Assembly: GCA_903859155.1 (NCBI GenBank)
Contig: CAIOLO010000019.1
Span: 74,472 to 138,471 of the forward strand
Source: an uncultured beta proteobacterium
GTDB lineage: Bacteria > Pseudomonadota > Gammaproteobacteria > Burkholderiales > SG8-39
Direction of reading: 5' to 3'
Length of the DNA: 64,000 bases
The translations under genes were made by a program, and so were the position numbers. The stretch's first letter is position 1. The number at the start of each line of letters is the position of its first letter. Shown one piece after another: positions 63,980 through 64,000 of this stretch. The notes below the pieces were generated by a model. That model made no database searches and was not told where the DNA came from. It worked only from the letters and a program-made list of their open reading frames with translations.

Positions 63980-64000
63980 ATGATCGCAATGAATGCCGGA

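Noticed and set aside
1-64000. Mobile elements, CRISPR arrays, tRNA/rRNA genes and defence systems.
   Set aside because: I saw no transposase, integrase, recombinase or Cas-like ORF, no regularly spaced direct repeats and no cloverleaf-type structured RNA. The only TA-like trace is the truncated HigA remnant.
63989-64000. ATGAATGCCGGA at the window edge as the start of another gene.
   Set aside because: Only four codons are visible, so the call cannot be supported.

Overview
This is a GC-rich window (mid-60s % G+C by eye, not computed) and looks like a Burkholderiales-type betaproteobacterial chromosome. That taxonomic guess rests on ten orphan Bug/TctC-family binding proteins. I call about 52 protein genes. 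I saw no rRNA, tRNA, CRISPR array, transposase or integrase. The whole window reads as a catabolic island for oxygen-independent chemistry on phenolic and aromatic acids.

Main gene content:
- Three paralogous two-subunit molybdoenzymes resemble pyrogallol-phloroglucinol transhydroxylase / resorcinol hydroxylase.
- Two further cytoplasmic bis-MGD-type molybdo/tungsto-enzymes are present.
- There are four UbiD-family (prFMN) decarboxylases. One carries the small D subunit of hydroxyarylic acid decarboxylases. No UbiX is present.
- Two amidohydrolase-2 decarboxylase-like genes, two acyl/aryl-CoA ligases and a two-subunit family-I CoA-transferase are present.
- A MetE-like Zn protein, SDR and MDR reductases, a nitrilase, a TRAP transporter and an MFS transporter complete the set.
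- Only one intact regulator (IclR family) is visible.

Most noteworthy observations:
1. An operon at 49.9-54.9 kb couples an aryl-CoA ligase to a CoxM-like FAD subunit and a fusion protein. The fusion joins a single CoxS-type [2Fe-2S] domain to a bis-MGD catalytic subunit. It therefore mixes xanthine-oxidase-family electron-transfer modules with a DMSO-reductase-family catalytic subunit.
2. A split ORF pair at 17.2-17.8 kb is one UGSC-motif selenoprotein. It has an in-frame UGA and a SECIS-like hairpin spaced exactly 11 nt downstream. It sits in an operon with a thioredoxin-domain fusion protein and an FAD oxidoreductase.
3. An acetylene-hydratase-like Mo/W enzyme and a mini-ferredoxin are translationally coupled to decarboxylase C and D subunits.
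4. Two of the three transhydroxylase-like large subunits carry an SCP2-like N-terminal extension. Their partner beta subunits have lost a further Fe-S cluster.
5. A heavily deleted CoxL-type pseudogene lies at 24.3-25.8 kb.

All functional calls come from motif and family recognition by eye. No database search was run.
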